This document shows, one piece after another, positions 52,000 through 64,000 of a DNA stretch of 64,000 nt (positions within the stretch are counted from its first letter, which is position 1; the number at the start of each line of letters is the position of its first letter). The translations under genes were made by a program, and so were the position numbers. This DNA is from Octopus sinensis. Lineage: Eukaryota. A model generated the notes under the pieces. That model had not been told where the DNA came from. It saw only the letters and a list, made by a program, of their open reading frames with translations, and did no database searches. Location: NCBI RefSeq assembly GCF_006345805.1, contig NC_042998.1:116250001-116314000 (forward strand), read 5' to 3'.

Positions 52000-54900
52000 G
52001 AATTGATGGCAATCCCTCAAGGTCGAGGATGATGGTCTTCGCGCAAATTTACTGGTGAGTCTGTAGGTGACCGATAAGACCAATTCTTGCTTGAAAAGAT
52101 CGGTCGCAGTGTGGACATCTAGTGCCAGAAGGGAGAGTCGCACGTGGTTGTTGTTGGCGCTCCTTCTGTCGTCGTCTTTTCTCCTCCAGCTCTGCAGACA
52201 TTTTCGACTCGAAAGTCGCCGTTCCCTCACGGATGATGGTTTTTCAGAGTGGTCTGTTTTTTGCCGTTTCCTCCCAGTTAGTGAAGTCGATGTCACACTT
52301 TTTGAGGTTCGTTTTCAGGGAGTCCTTGTAGCGTTTCTTCTGGCCCCCTTTTGTACGCTTGCCGTCTTTGAGTTGGGAGTAGAAGATCTGTTTGGGAAGT
52401 CGTTCGTCAGTCATTCTAACCACGTGGCCGCTCCATCTTAGTTAGCCTTTGATGACATAGGCTTCGATGGTGGTCATTTTTGTTTTCTTGTAGCACGCTG
52501 ACGTTAGTTCTTCTGTCTTCCCAGCTGATGTTAAGGATCTTCCGAAGACAGCGTTGGTGAAATTTCTCGAGCGTTTTCAGGTGGTGACTATACGGGGTCC
52601 AGGTTTCGGATGTGTAAAGGAGGGTTGGAATAATGACTGCCCTGTACACCATGAGTTTGGATTCGGTTCGGATGTCCCGATCAGCTAAAACTCTTGTTCG
52701 AAGCTTGCCGAAAGCTGTTCCAGCACACTTCAGACGGTGTTGGATTTCATCGCTGAGGTCTACCTTTGCTGACAGATGGCTCCCAAGGTAGCAGAAATGG
52801 TTCACATTATCCGGTGGAATTCCTTCGAGTTGAATCGATGGCGGTTTGTCAACACGGGCATTGGGAAGAGGTTGGTAGAGTGAGTCTTCTTGATGTTGAT
52901 GCTCAGTCCAAGTTTAGTATATGCATGATGAAACGCATTTAGGATCTGTTGGAGGTGATCCTCTCTGTAAGCTGCTACACTGTTGTCGTCGGCATATTGG
53001 AACTCTAGCAAGCTTCGCGCCATTGTCTTTGACGTACTTTTGAGGCGAGCGATGTTGAAAAGCTTGCCGTCCATTCTGTACGAGATCTCGATGCCAGGTG
53101 GAAGGTCATCTCGTATGATTTGCAACACTGTCGCAATAAAGATGGTAAAGAGAGTTGGCGCTATCACGCAGCCTTGCTTCACTCCGGAGGTGACTTTAAA
53201 GGGCTCAGAATTGCCTCCGTCGGTCTGGACTCTGGCGTGCATATTGTCGTGGAGGAGTTTGAGGATCCGGATGAACTTATCTGGGCATCCATACTGTGCG
53301 AGAATATCCCAGAGGAGCTCTCGCGAGACACGATCAGAGGCTTTGGATAGGTCGATAAAGGCCAAATAGAGCGGTTGGTGTTGCTCACATTTTTCTTATA
53401 GCTGTCGCAGCGTGAAGAACATGTCGGTTGTGCTTCGTGATGGCTTAAAGCCGGTCTGCGTCTCAGGGAGGATCCTCTCTGACAGCGTTTTGAGGCGGTT
53501 TTTCAGGATGCGTGCAAGAATCTTCCCAGCAGTTGCTAATAAAGAAATACCCCGGTAATTTCCACACTCCGAACGATCGCCCTTTCGTTTGTAAATGGTA
53601 ATGATGTTAGCATCCTGGAAGTCGGATGGTACAACTTCATTTGTCCAGATTTTGACCAAGAGTTGGTGGAGCTGGTGTTGGACAAAATCACCTCCCAGTT
53701 TGTAGATCTCAACTGGGATTCCGTCAGGACCCGCGGCTTTGTTGTTCTTCATCGCTGTGATAGCAATTTCGACCTCTCTGAGGGATGGAATTCGAGCGAG
53801 AGAGTAATCTTTGGCCTCTTTAGGAAACATGTCAAGTATGCTTTTGTCGATGGTAGCCTTGTGATTGAGGAGGTCATTGTAGTGTTCTCTCCATCTGTTT
53901 CCTATTTCGGTATTGCTTTTCAGGATGGTCGCTCCGTCTTTACTCTTCAGAGGAGCCTGTTCATGTGTGGAAGGTCCGTATATTTCTTTCGTGGCTTTGA
54001 AGAACCCTCTGGTGTCGTTTACATCTGCTAGCTGCTGGATTTCACGAGATTTGTGTCTCCACCACTGGTTCTTCAGGGTAAGGGTTGTCCTTTGAACTGC
54101 GGCTTTGCACTTTTTGAAAGACTCTCGTTTAGTGACAGACTTTGGATCATTCTGTGAGCTGATGAAAGCTTTCCGTTTTTGGTCGATCAGTTCTTTGAGA
54201 GCTTCATCATTGTCGTCGAACCAGTCCTGGTGTTTCCTTTTCTTGCGACCGATGGTTTCTTCGCAAGTGGTGATGATGGTTTCTTTCAGCTGGTTCCAAT
54301 TTTCTTCGACGAGATGATTTGGAGTCTTATTTTGAAGATTGACCTATAGGTGCTGCTGGAACGCGACACGAGTTTTTGGGTCTTGCAGTGCTTCGATGTT
54401 GAATTTCTTTACTCTGCTTTCCTTGCTGCGATATTTCACTTTTAGTCGGAGTTTGATTTTCATGGTGGAGGCGATGAGGCTATGATCTGTCCAGCACTCA
54501 TCTGCTCCAGTGGCGGCTCTGGTGAGCAAGACATCTTGCTGGTCTCGGGATCTCACGATGATATAGTCGATGAGATGCCATTTTTTAGATCTTGGATGCT
54601 GCCATGAGACCTTATATCGATTCTTGTGGGGAAAACGGGTGTTGGTTATCACCAGGTTATGTTCAGCACATTTGGTGAGTAGCAGAGTTCCATTGGCATT
54701 GACTTTTCCCACTCCTTCCTTTCCGATGGTTCCTGTCAAGAGTTCACGATCTCTCCCAACTCTGGCGTTGAAATCTCCCAGGAGAATGATCTTGTCGTCC
54801 TTTGGGACGGTAGAGAGAATGCTATCAAGCTGGCTGTAAAACTCTTCCTTGACTAAATCCTCCGCGTTAAGGGTGGGAGCATACGCGCTGATGATAGTTG

Positions 54901-55885
54901 CGTGCTGACTTCTGACAAGCTGGATTCGGAGGGTCATGAGTCGTGCGGACATTCCGATGGGCTGCTCTGTCAGTTTGGATAGGATGGTGTTTCGTATTGC
55001 AAAACCCACACCATGGATCCGTTGATGGTCGGGATCGTAACCTTTCCGAAAAAAGGTGTATTGACCGCCTTTTTCTCTCAGCCGGCCTTCTCCGGCTCTC
55101 CGGGTTCACTGAGAGCTACGATGTCAAAATTGAATCGATGGAGTTCCCGGGCGATGATTGCAGTTTGCCTTACGGGTCTGTCTTAGTTGGTGTTATCTAT
55201 GAGAGTCCTGACATTCCAGGTCCCGAATTTCAGCGTTGCGTATCTTGATCTTGATTTTCGACCGCATGATGGTGACCCCTCTGGACGCGGTTTTCCAGAC
55301 AGGATTGGGGTGAAGCAGACATAGTCTGCAAAAGTTCAACCGCTCCTCCACGGGGTGCAGACTGGGCAACGCGAGCACAGCAAGCCAGCTGTGCTAGCGG
55401 CAAACGGGGCTCTGACAGTCATCAAGTCTCCAACGGTGGAACAGGCGGATGAAGTTGCCTTAACAACTCAACGGCTGTGAAGGCGGACGAAGGCTGCAGC
55501 AGACCATCGACTCCAATCGTCTCGGTTTACCTTGCCATTGGGTCAAGTTGGTGGTCTGTCAAGTTTACGTGTGCTTTACTGGGCGTGCGACCTCATGCAC
55601 ACGTTAAAAAATTTCACGCACAGGCGTCTGCGCCACCACTCTTCTTATTCTTTCCAAGTCTTTCGGCGATCGGCGATGGAAGATGGGAGCAGGCTCGTGA
55701 AAGCTAGAGGCTCCTAGTGCAGAACCGGCACGGATGCGGTGGTTACATTATTCAGTCGCTCTATCTTTCGGAAGAAGCAGGGAAGATGTTCGGCAGCAGT
55801 ATCCACGACTGAGCAGCCCTGTTTAGGATCCACTCTGCTCAACCTGAATTGGGAAGGGGCTAGAAAAGGTGCCCTAAACATAGTC
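52000..55885 (-). mobile_element. Full-length RTE-clade LINE (about 3.9 kb), ORF broken by several frameshifts and stops
   Basis: LKFGTWNVRTL, SAYAPT, LLGDFNARVG, HLIDYI, WTDH, KAAGPDGIP, NYRGISLL, GVKQGCVIAPTLF, QYADD, FCYLGS. 11-bp TSD TAACCGTTAGT at 51989-51999 and 55886-55896. Confidence 0.95.
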
Positions 55886-57061
55886 TAACCGTTAGTAAAA
55901 GATAATTGATGACATTTAGAGTGTGTTCTATTTCATCGTGGTTCTTGTATGTTTATTAATCTTTCAAAAAAAGGTAATATTATTTTCAATTATCATTCTT
56001 TAGAAATCAGTTTAAAATGTATATAAACTATACAAGCACATTTTAAAATATTTAATTTATTGCTTCTACAAAGCAGTATTTTAATAAGTTTCTGTTCACT
56101 AATTTTCTTCCTGAATTTTTGATATTTAAATACAACAATTAATCGCAAACTGTGACTTTTAAAGAGGAAATGCAACTGAGTAAAGTTGCTGATTCAGTAT
56201 TTGAAAATTCATCTAATTTGCATTTACCATTATCATATAATTCCCTCAAGCATACACGAGTGGGAAATACGTGTAATATATCCTGATATTTTATCTAAAG
56301 AAGATTTTAAATATAAATGAAGAAAGGAAATGATGTTAAATCTGATTTAACTTCTATTTGAAGTATATTTGATATTTTGTTCCGTTATTTTTCACGCCAG
56401 AAATCTCTCGCGTATTTAGATAGTATTTGACGCATAAGCGATATGAAATAGTTTCATCCAATACACGTAGGTACGTCAAAATTCATCTTTGCCCCTCGAA
56501 TTTTATCAAATGCCGTACTTATTGAGTGTGATCTGCAGCAATATGTTAGCGTATTCACAAATCAAGCAATAAACGTTATTCAACTTTACTGCGAAATTAT
56601 GTTTCTAGAAGTGTTTAGCTTCCCATATTCATATTCTCTAAAATATTTGGCTTGAACCAAAATCAATAACACCTAGACTCATTGAAAATATACTGAATAC
56701 CTTCATTACATACGGTTTTATACATTTTGAATAGCAAAAGCAACTAAATTTAAGAATGGGGTATCTTTGACTAACGACGGATTAGATTTACAGAACATAG
56801 TAATAACACTTTATAAGGTCGGATGGAACATATCCCAACATTGGAAATCCACTATACGGAAATTTAATACATTTAAAATTTACTGATTATGAGCACGTAC
56901 TGAATGCCAGTTTCGACACCATCTTCAATATATAGGAACAATAAATTAGTTCTAGGGAAGACGTGGCCGACGGGAGCACGGGGAAAAACTTTGTCTGATC
57001 TACAAATATCAACTTGGTGATCAACCAGAGCTGACAAAATCTAGACAAGTACAAGAACTTA

Positions 57062-58352
57062 CGAGGGACGTTCAATAAGTAATGCCTCTGACCCACTTGC
57101 AGTTGGTTGATCTAGCTGAAATTTTGCGTGTGCAATTATTTATATCTCTATTGAGAAAGTGGCAAATTACAGCTCTGAATTAATTGTGGTTTCTGATTTA
57201 CAGGTGTTTGAACCGAGTCAAGTGTGAAATGGAGCCTGTTGAGTGTCGAGCAGTGATCCAGTTTTTGTATTTGAAAGGACGCAAACCACGGGAGACTTTT
57301 GATGAAATGAAAGTAACTTATGGTGATGATGCCCCATCATATGACCTTGTAAAACGCTGGCATCGTGAATTCAAACATGGTCGGAATTCTGTGGAAACAG
57401 CTCCCAGATCTGGTCGCCCCCTTCTGCCATTGATGAGGCATCTGTCCGTCAAGTTGAGGCTGCCATTTTGGAAGATCGACGCATAATTATTCGCCAAATA
57501 GCCCATGAGGTCAAGATTAGTACCGGGTCTGTGGAAACTATCATTCATGACCATTTGCATATGCAAAAGGTGTCTACCAGATGTATTCCCAGGTTGCTCA
57601 CGCCTTTCCAGAAGCAAGAACGCGTCGAGTGCTCGAGGGTGAATTTGGAGATGTGCCAAGAAGATGAGTCAAAATTTTTCAAAAGACTGATTACGCAGGG
57701 TGAAACCTTGGTCCATCACGATGATCCAGAGACCAAAGCCCATTCAATGCAGTGGAAGCACTGTGACTCACCCCCTCCAAAGAAGGCAAGGGTGCAGCCC
57801 TCCGCTGGCAAGGTCATGCTCACAGTCTTCTGGGACCAGGACGGAGTAGTGATGACAGATTTCCTGGCAAAGGGTACCACAATTGCAGGAGCCTATTATG
57901 CTTCACTTTTGAGGAAATTAAGAGAAGTTATCAAAGTCAAGAGGCGGGGCAAGATCAGCTAAGGCATCCTCCTCCTGCAGGACGACGCTCCGGTCCACAA
58001 CTCGCTTGTCGCCAGATCAGAAGCACAGGCATGCGACTATGAACTCCTCCCCAATCCCCCTACTCTCCTGACCTTGCACCCTCTGATTTTCACCACTTTC
58101 CAATCATGAAGTTGTTTTTGAAAGGAAAGCGTTTCCCAGATGATGCAGCCTTGATTTCTGAAGTCACGTTGAGGTTGGAGGACCAAGCTGGGTTCTTCTA
58201 CAAAAACGGTCTCCAGAGCCGCATCAAACGATGGGAGAAATGCGTAACTCTGGATAGTTCATATGTAGAAAAAGACTAATAACTGTGCCAAGTTTCGTTG
58301 CTCTACTGCTATGGGAAGTGGGTCAGGGGCATTGCTTATTGAACGCCCCTCG
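57062..58352 (+). mobile_element. Full-length mariner transposon (irritans/Hsmar2-like), 1291 bp, inactivated
   Basis: 37-bp TIRs with 3 mismatches; TA on both sides. Transposase 57229-58279: GRP, CIPRLL, TQGET (first catalytic D>G), QDDAPVH, YSPDLAPSD. Frameshifts and a stop at 57960. Confidence 0.95.
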
Positions 58353-59104
58353 TATGTCAACTGATTTCCATATCAACTAATGTTAACTGATTCGCCTGAT
58401 TCCCATAAATTGGATACAATAGATAATGGATACATGCTTAATTTTGGGTGATTATATAGAAAAAAACACTTCAATTAAATTTCCAGGATATTTGTTGCTT
58501 CGAATCATGGATTTTCATTTTCATTTGATGAAAACGACGTTCGAATAAAATAAAACAAAATAAATAGATTAAAAGTTAGGGATTTTTTGGCAAGAAAACT
58601 ATAGAGATAAGCATTCAATAATTAATATGAATTAATTATTGAGATGTGGTTATGAAAAGAAACTTCAACCACACACAGACTTCCAGTATCTCAAATGTTG
58701 TACTGAGTCATTAAGAATGAAGCTTTGCAATGATATAAATTTCGCTCGGTAACGAGTAATACGACTCCACTAGAGTGACTGGTGATCTACAGCAATAAGT
58801 AATACATCAGTAAACTTTCCACAATGGCAAATTACATGACTGTAATGTCGCTACTCAAGACCTCAGGAGACGAATAGTTTTTCCTTGTCAAATCAGCATT
58901 TCACCGATCTTTCCGCCTACGCATAGATAGTTAGATACAACATTCATACATTCATCCATATATGTTCACATACACAAAGGTAGACATACAGACACACACG
59001 TATATATCCAAATTAATAATAAACATAATATTTATAAAATAGATATATAATATATTGACTCAGAATTATTGTTTTCTTGAGAATATATATATATATATAT
59101 ATAA

Positions 59105-59383
59105 GTGGAGGCGCAATGGCCCAGTGGTTAGGCCAGCGGACTCGCGGTTTCGATTCCTAGACCGGGCGTTGTGAGTGTATATTGAGCGAAAACACCTAAA
59201 AGGTCCACGAGGCTCCGGCAGGGGGGGGGGGGTGATTCCTGCTGTACTCTTTCACCACTCTTTCTTCTGTTGGCCTGCTCGCTTAGCCACCGGGGTGGCG
59301 TCATTCAAAGGCTAAAAAACAATGCGAACGCATTGTGACCAGCGATGTGTAAAAACATCTGATGGTCTGGTTGGTCACGTGAT

Positions 59384-59391
<8 letters not shown>
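59105..59391 (+). mobile_element. tRNA-derived SINE (fourth family) within (TA)n
   Basis: A-box TGGCCCAGTGG, B-box-like GTTTCGATTCC, 3' end CACGTGATCACGTGAT. Confidence 0.75.
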
Positions 59392-59469
<78 letters not shown>

Positions 59470-60017
59470 TGTATACTCATGCACTTGTACGAACACATAC
59501 TTACATATTCGTACAAGAACATAGAAATAAACATAAGAAATTACATACGTGCATGCATATATATGCGTGCGTGTATGTGCATATATGCTCTGTTCTATTT
59601 TGGAACAGAATGAAGGAAATCTTTACATGCTTCCCTTAACCTATTAGAATTCACGACCGGTTACAATTCTCTATAGTACATGATCGGAATTTCCAGTACT
59701 GGGCAATTTGAAATTAAGAAGATGCAACAATTACAAATGGCCTTGAAAGAATAGATGTGGGTACACACAAATACTAAAGTATTTTAACTCGCTTTCTGCT
59801 CCATATTACAGAAATATCAGAATCAAAATGGTAAAACGTAAAAAGGCAATAATTACAGATTCTCGTAAACTATCACAATGAGACCGGAGACAAAAACAGG
59901 AATATTTTCTTTATGATCACAAACAATCTGAAATACCAAAATTTTCGGCCAAACGGGGCCTTCGAATTATACACAAATTATCAAATAAATACTCGCAAAT
60001 GAGTAAGAAAATATTAG

Positions 60018-60214
60018 CTTCAAATTTTGGCACAAGGCCAGCATGTTCGGAGAAGGGGTTCAGTCAACCCCAGTGCTCAACTAGTACTTATTTCATGGGC
60101 CCCAAAACAATGAAAGGCAAAGTCGACCTCGGTCGAATTTGAACTCAGAACATAAAAGACGGATAGAATGTCGCTAAGCATTTTGTCCGGCATACTAAAG
60201 ATCCTGCCAGCTCA
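60018..60214 (-). mobile_element. tRNA-derived SINE (family of 4128-4326)
   Basis: Collinear homology (GAAAGGCAAAGTC.ACCTC..ATTTGAACTCAGAAC). Confidence 0.75.
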
Positions 60215-61031
60215 ACACATTAGAGTAATATAATATTAACGTTAAATGACAAAAGACATTCAACAAAGGCAAAATTTGCATAGGAAAATAATGCAGGTAT
60301 GATGATACAGATCATGTTGATGCGATGTGTATTAATTAAATGAAAACAGTAAAGTTTACGAATGCGAAACAATTGAAAGTTAACAGAAATATATATTGCA
60401 AAAAGAAAAAGAAAAAAAGAACGTGGAAAATCATTTGTTTTATAACATATCAACAATGCAACGAGATCTATATCGGCCAAGCAGAAAAAAATTAGTGGAC
60501 TGCTTCGGGGTATTAAATATCAAGCAGGATATTTCACAAGGAAATGTTCCACATAGTGAAAGTCCTAAATTTATTTGCGAACAAAAATTTGGAAATATCC
60601 ATATATTTTCAGCATGAAGGGCAATGATGATTATTCACAAACGGCAAAGGAAAAATATTTTGAGACCAACACTAAATCGGAAATAGCGACAGAATTAAAT
60701 TACACCAAACGCGTTTGTAAAGGTGACGACAGCGAAAGCACGTACATAAAAATTCTTCTCCCGGTATTGTGTTAATCGGTTTTACCGAAGACATTTTTTT
60801 CCTATATAATTAATAGATTGCTAATGAAATTTGTGATAAATATTGTGATTGAATGGCAAAGTTTCCTCTAAGTTTTTAAGGAAATATATGTCGTATACGG
60901 CCATACATGTAAGTGTATAGAGAAGTACGAACATATTTATGTGTGTAAATATACATGTATACGTACACATATAGATATATACATACACACATACACACAC
61001 TCACAGACATACACATGCACACACATATGAA

Positions 61032-61103
<72 letters not shown>

Positions 61104-61237
61104 CATACTAGCAAATATAAATATACATATGTGTATATGTGTGTATATGTATGTATATATATTCATTCATATGCGTACGGTTGAGATTCTGTGCAGGCAT
61201 GTGTGTGTGTTTGTGTGTGTGTGTTGTGTGTGTGTTT

Positions 61238-61294
<57 letters not shown>

Positions 61295-61828
61295 TGTGTT
61301 TGCCCGGGTTTAATACAAAAAATATTTTTCACTAAACTATCACAAAATCATTTCCCCTGATTCTGATTTTGTATTGACAATCGACACCGCCTTCTAAATG
61401 TGCGTATTATTAATATACTACTAATATAATCCTATAGAGTAATTATTAAACGTAGGGTCCAATCAATACAACAAAAAAATTCTATACATTATGTACATGA
61501 ACATCGAATGAAGTAAATCAATCGGAATCATTAAACGCCGCAGACGCTTAGATATTGATTTTGGCTCTTTGTACATTTTTGTCATAAATACAAATCGAAA
61601 TATTTTGAATAGAATGGGAAACAATGGTATATTATGTAATCCTTGTATAGAAAATAAATAAAAATAAATTAGTATGAAATATAAATCGCAGATTTTCTAT
61701 TCACATGAAGTATGACATTTAATGGTGAAGAAATATTAGTATATTATTGTGCAGTTTGATTACATACACAGAAAGTGGAATGCGCATGCATAAATATAGA
61801 CGGGTATGCATAAAGACAGACATATACA

Positions 61829-61903
<75 letters not shown>

Positions 61904-62097
61904 TTACTCTCTCTAACGTTATACAGACGCACACACAGGAACACACACATATACATAGACTATATTTATATGAATCTATTTATGTATATAAACAAATCTA
62001 TTGCTTTCTATATATATGTATGTACGTATATATGTGTGCATATATGTGTGTTTATATATACATATATATACTATCTATCTATCTATATATCCATCTC

Positions 62098-62271
<174 letters not shown>

Positions 62272-62662
62272 TACGTATGGTTGTTTGTATTTTTGCGTTC
62301 ATCTTTTCGAAGCCTATTTCAATATGATTTGAGGAGATAGATCCATAACTTTTGTAACTTGTACTACGCTTTCGCTAAATGATACTAAGCGAAGGATCCC
62401 CACCCGTGTGCTCTTTATCCGCCCTCCCCCCAATTCAATTATCTCGTATATTTAAAGTTTCCTCCCTTGATTGCTCCTTTTCCTTCAGTTTTTAATTGAT
62501 GCTGCGGTGGTCTCAGTTGGGTAATTGAAAATGTGATACCATTTATGCTTTATTTTCTCAGTTTTGCAAAGTGTATATTTTAAAATTGTATCTGTAAGTT
62601 TCCCTGCCTCTCTTTCACTGGCAACACACACACACACACACGTGACTACATACATATGTGCG

Positions 62663-62696
<34 letters not shown>

Positions 62697-63343
62697 CTAG
62701 TGTGTGTACATATGCATGTGCTTTTGTGAATGTGTGTTCGAGTGAGAACAGCAGTGTTTGAGCGTACATCTATGCCTCGCGTGTATTGTGCATATGAATA
62801 TTTAGAAATCCCATGTTATACTTTGGATATCATTATTATAATTAACACGTCTCATTAAAAAGTGAGCTTATTTATTCTGTGGTGAATCATATTAAAGCGA
62901 CTGGAAATCCAACAAAAGAAAAAAAAACATTCAATGTAAATCAGGAAAACGAAAATGAGATACAAAATGAGAAAAAAGTACTTAACCACAATAAAATAAA
63001 GGCATGTGATAATTAGTAATTAAGGCAAGAGTAAGGGCCCGCTCACTGTGACAATAACATGATGTTAGATAATGAGAGAAAACCCAGAAGAGAATAGAGA
63101 ATGTGAAAGCATGTATAGTTATAGAATAATTGAAGAATAATCACACGCGATAGAAAGTGTTGTTAAATATTAACCTGAAATTTTTTAGAGTAATTTCTTG
63201 AAAGCAATTATTCTGAGAGACGTGCACGTTTCCAACAAAGGAATCCCTAACTAGTCACGCAATATATATTATAGAGAAAGCGAAAGCTCCCTTATGTTAC
63301 CATTGCCATCCTAATAAATGACACAATCGGGCTCATATATTTT

Positions 63344-63960
63344 CTATTGTTTACTGTGCCTGAAGGTAGAGACATCCGGGACTAGAGAGCTTAATGAATG
63401 TAATGCTCTAATTAAACTTTTTCCCGTCAACATTTGCAGGGAAATTAGCAGCAGATGATTTTCTGTGTAAGAAAGACTAGTCATTGCGGTTAAAGTTTGC
63501 CGGTTGGAGAGGATAAATCTTGGCAACGAGTTGTGTAGAGTCTAGTCGGTCAGTGATACTTGAACAGAGGAGGCAGTAAACTAACCAACTTTGGTAAAAA
63601 CGTAACTGTTGCGGTAGCGATAAAACAAATCAAAACAACGAGAGGATACACCGTCCCATTAAGTCAGTAGCTGGTGTATGAATGTTGACGATTTAATGCA
63701 AGTCGATCGAGTGATTCCTCTCTGGAAGAGATCTAGTATATCTCTATGCATAGAAAAATTTATCAGGCAAGATGCTGATGCAATACACTTTTATGGGTTT
63801 CACCTGACGCTTGTAGCATATCAGCAACTATTGAACTTTTAAATATGTCTTCATAACATGAAGTAACACAATTATTTTTCTACGATCCAGGAACTTAGAG
63901 GAAAATTTTGTATCCTTGATAAAGAAAAATATTAGGACAATGAGACTAGTAGACACAATT
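63344..63960 (-). pseudogene. Decayed class C GPCR C: 7TM C-terminal half and cytoplasmic tail; the rest lies beyond the window
   Basis: CVTSCYEDIFKSSI (63870-63829), FYA*RYTRSLPE (about 63755-63718; cf. VYAFKTRxxPENF), LICFIATATVTFLPKL (FLPKL 63600-63586; class C FxPK motif). Confidence 0.62.
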
Positions 63961-64000
63961 TCGAGTAAAGGCATAAGAAATCGAAAATACGTAGGGGAAA

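Noticed and set aside
53663-55248. Plus-strand ORFs over the RTE element (and minus-strand ORFs over the PLE at 7400-9300)
   Set aside because: These are antisense shadows of GC-rich retroelement coding sequence.
59105-59170. tRNA gene
   Set aside because: It has A/B boxes but no complete cloverleaf and continues into a SINE body. The same applies to 2667-2740.
60396-60775. Two overlapping coding-looking ORFs
   Set aside because: No recognisable domain or splice structure, so no call can be supported.

Overview
AT-rich, microsatellite-laden animal genomic DNA. The repeat content resembles octopus (coleoid cephalopod), but that is an inference. I see no intact protein-coding gene, and most ORFs in the track are translated (TA)n/(CA)n repeats. 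The recognisable mobile elements are: Penelope-like retroelements (PLEs; one 3.1-kb RT+GIY-YIG copy, one Naiad-type GIY-YIG fragment and several terminal-repeat fragments); a full-length RTE LINE with an 11-bp TSD; R4/Dong-type and CR1/Jockey-type LINE debris; three mariner transposons; and several tRNA-derived SINE families. Two layers are not shown by the ORF track. (1) The unique DNA between the repeats, translated by eye across stops and frameshifts, gives collinear motifs of class C (mGluR-like) GPCRs. Venus-flytrap (VFT/ANF-receptor)-like units repeat in tandem before a 7TM domain: about 3 units + 7TM at 60-6880 (+), a signal-peptide-like start + about 8 units + Cys-rich linker + 7TM at 13621-34770 (+), and a third 7TM at 63344-63960 (-). 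This suggests a cluster of decayed giant multi-VFT receptors. (2) Several type I hammerhead-ribozyme motifs sit in PLE-type terminal repeats, including one in the loop of a 191-bp near-perfect palindrome. All protein-family assignments are by-eye motif matches and need profile-HMM confirmation.
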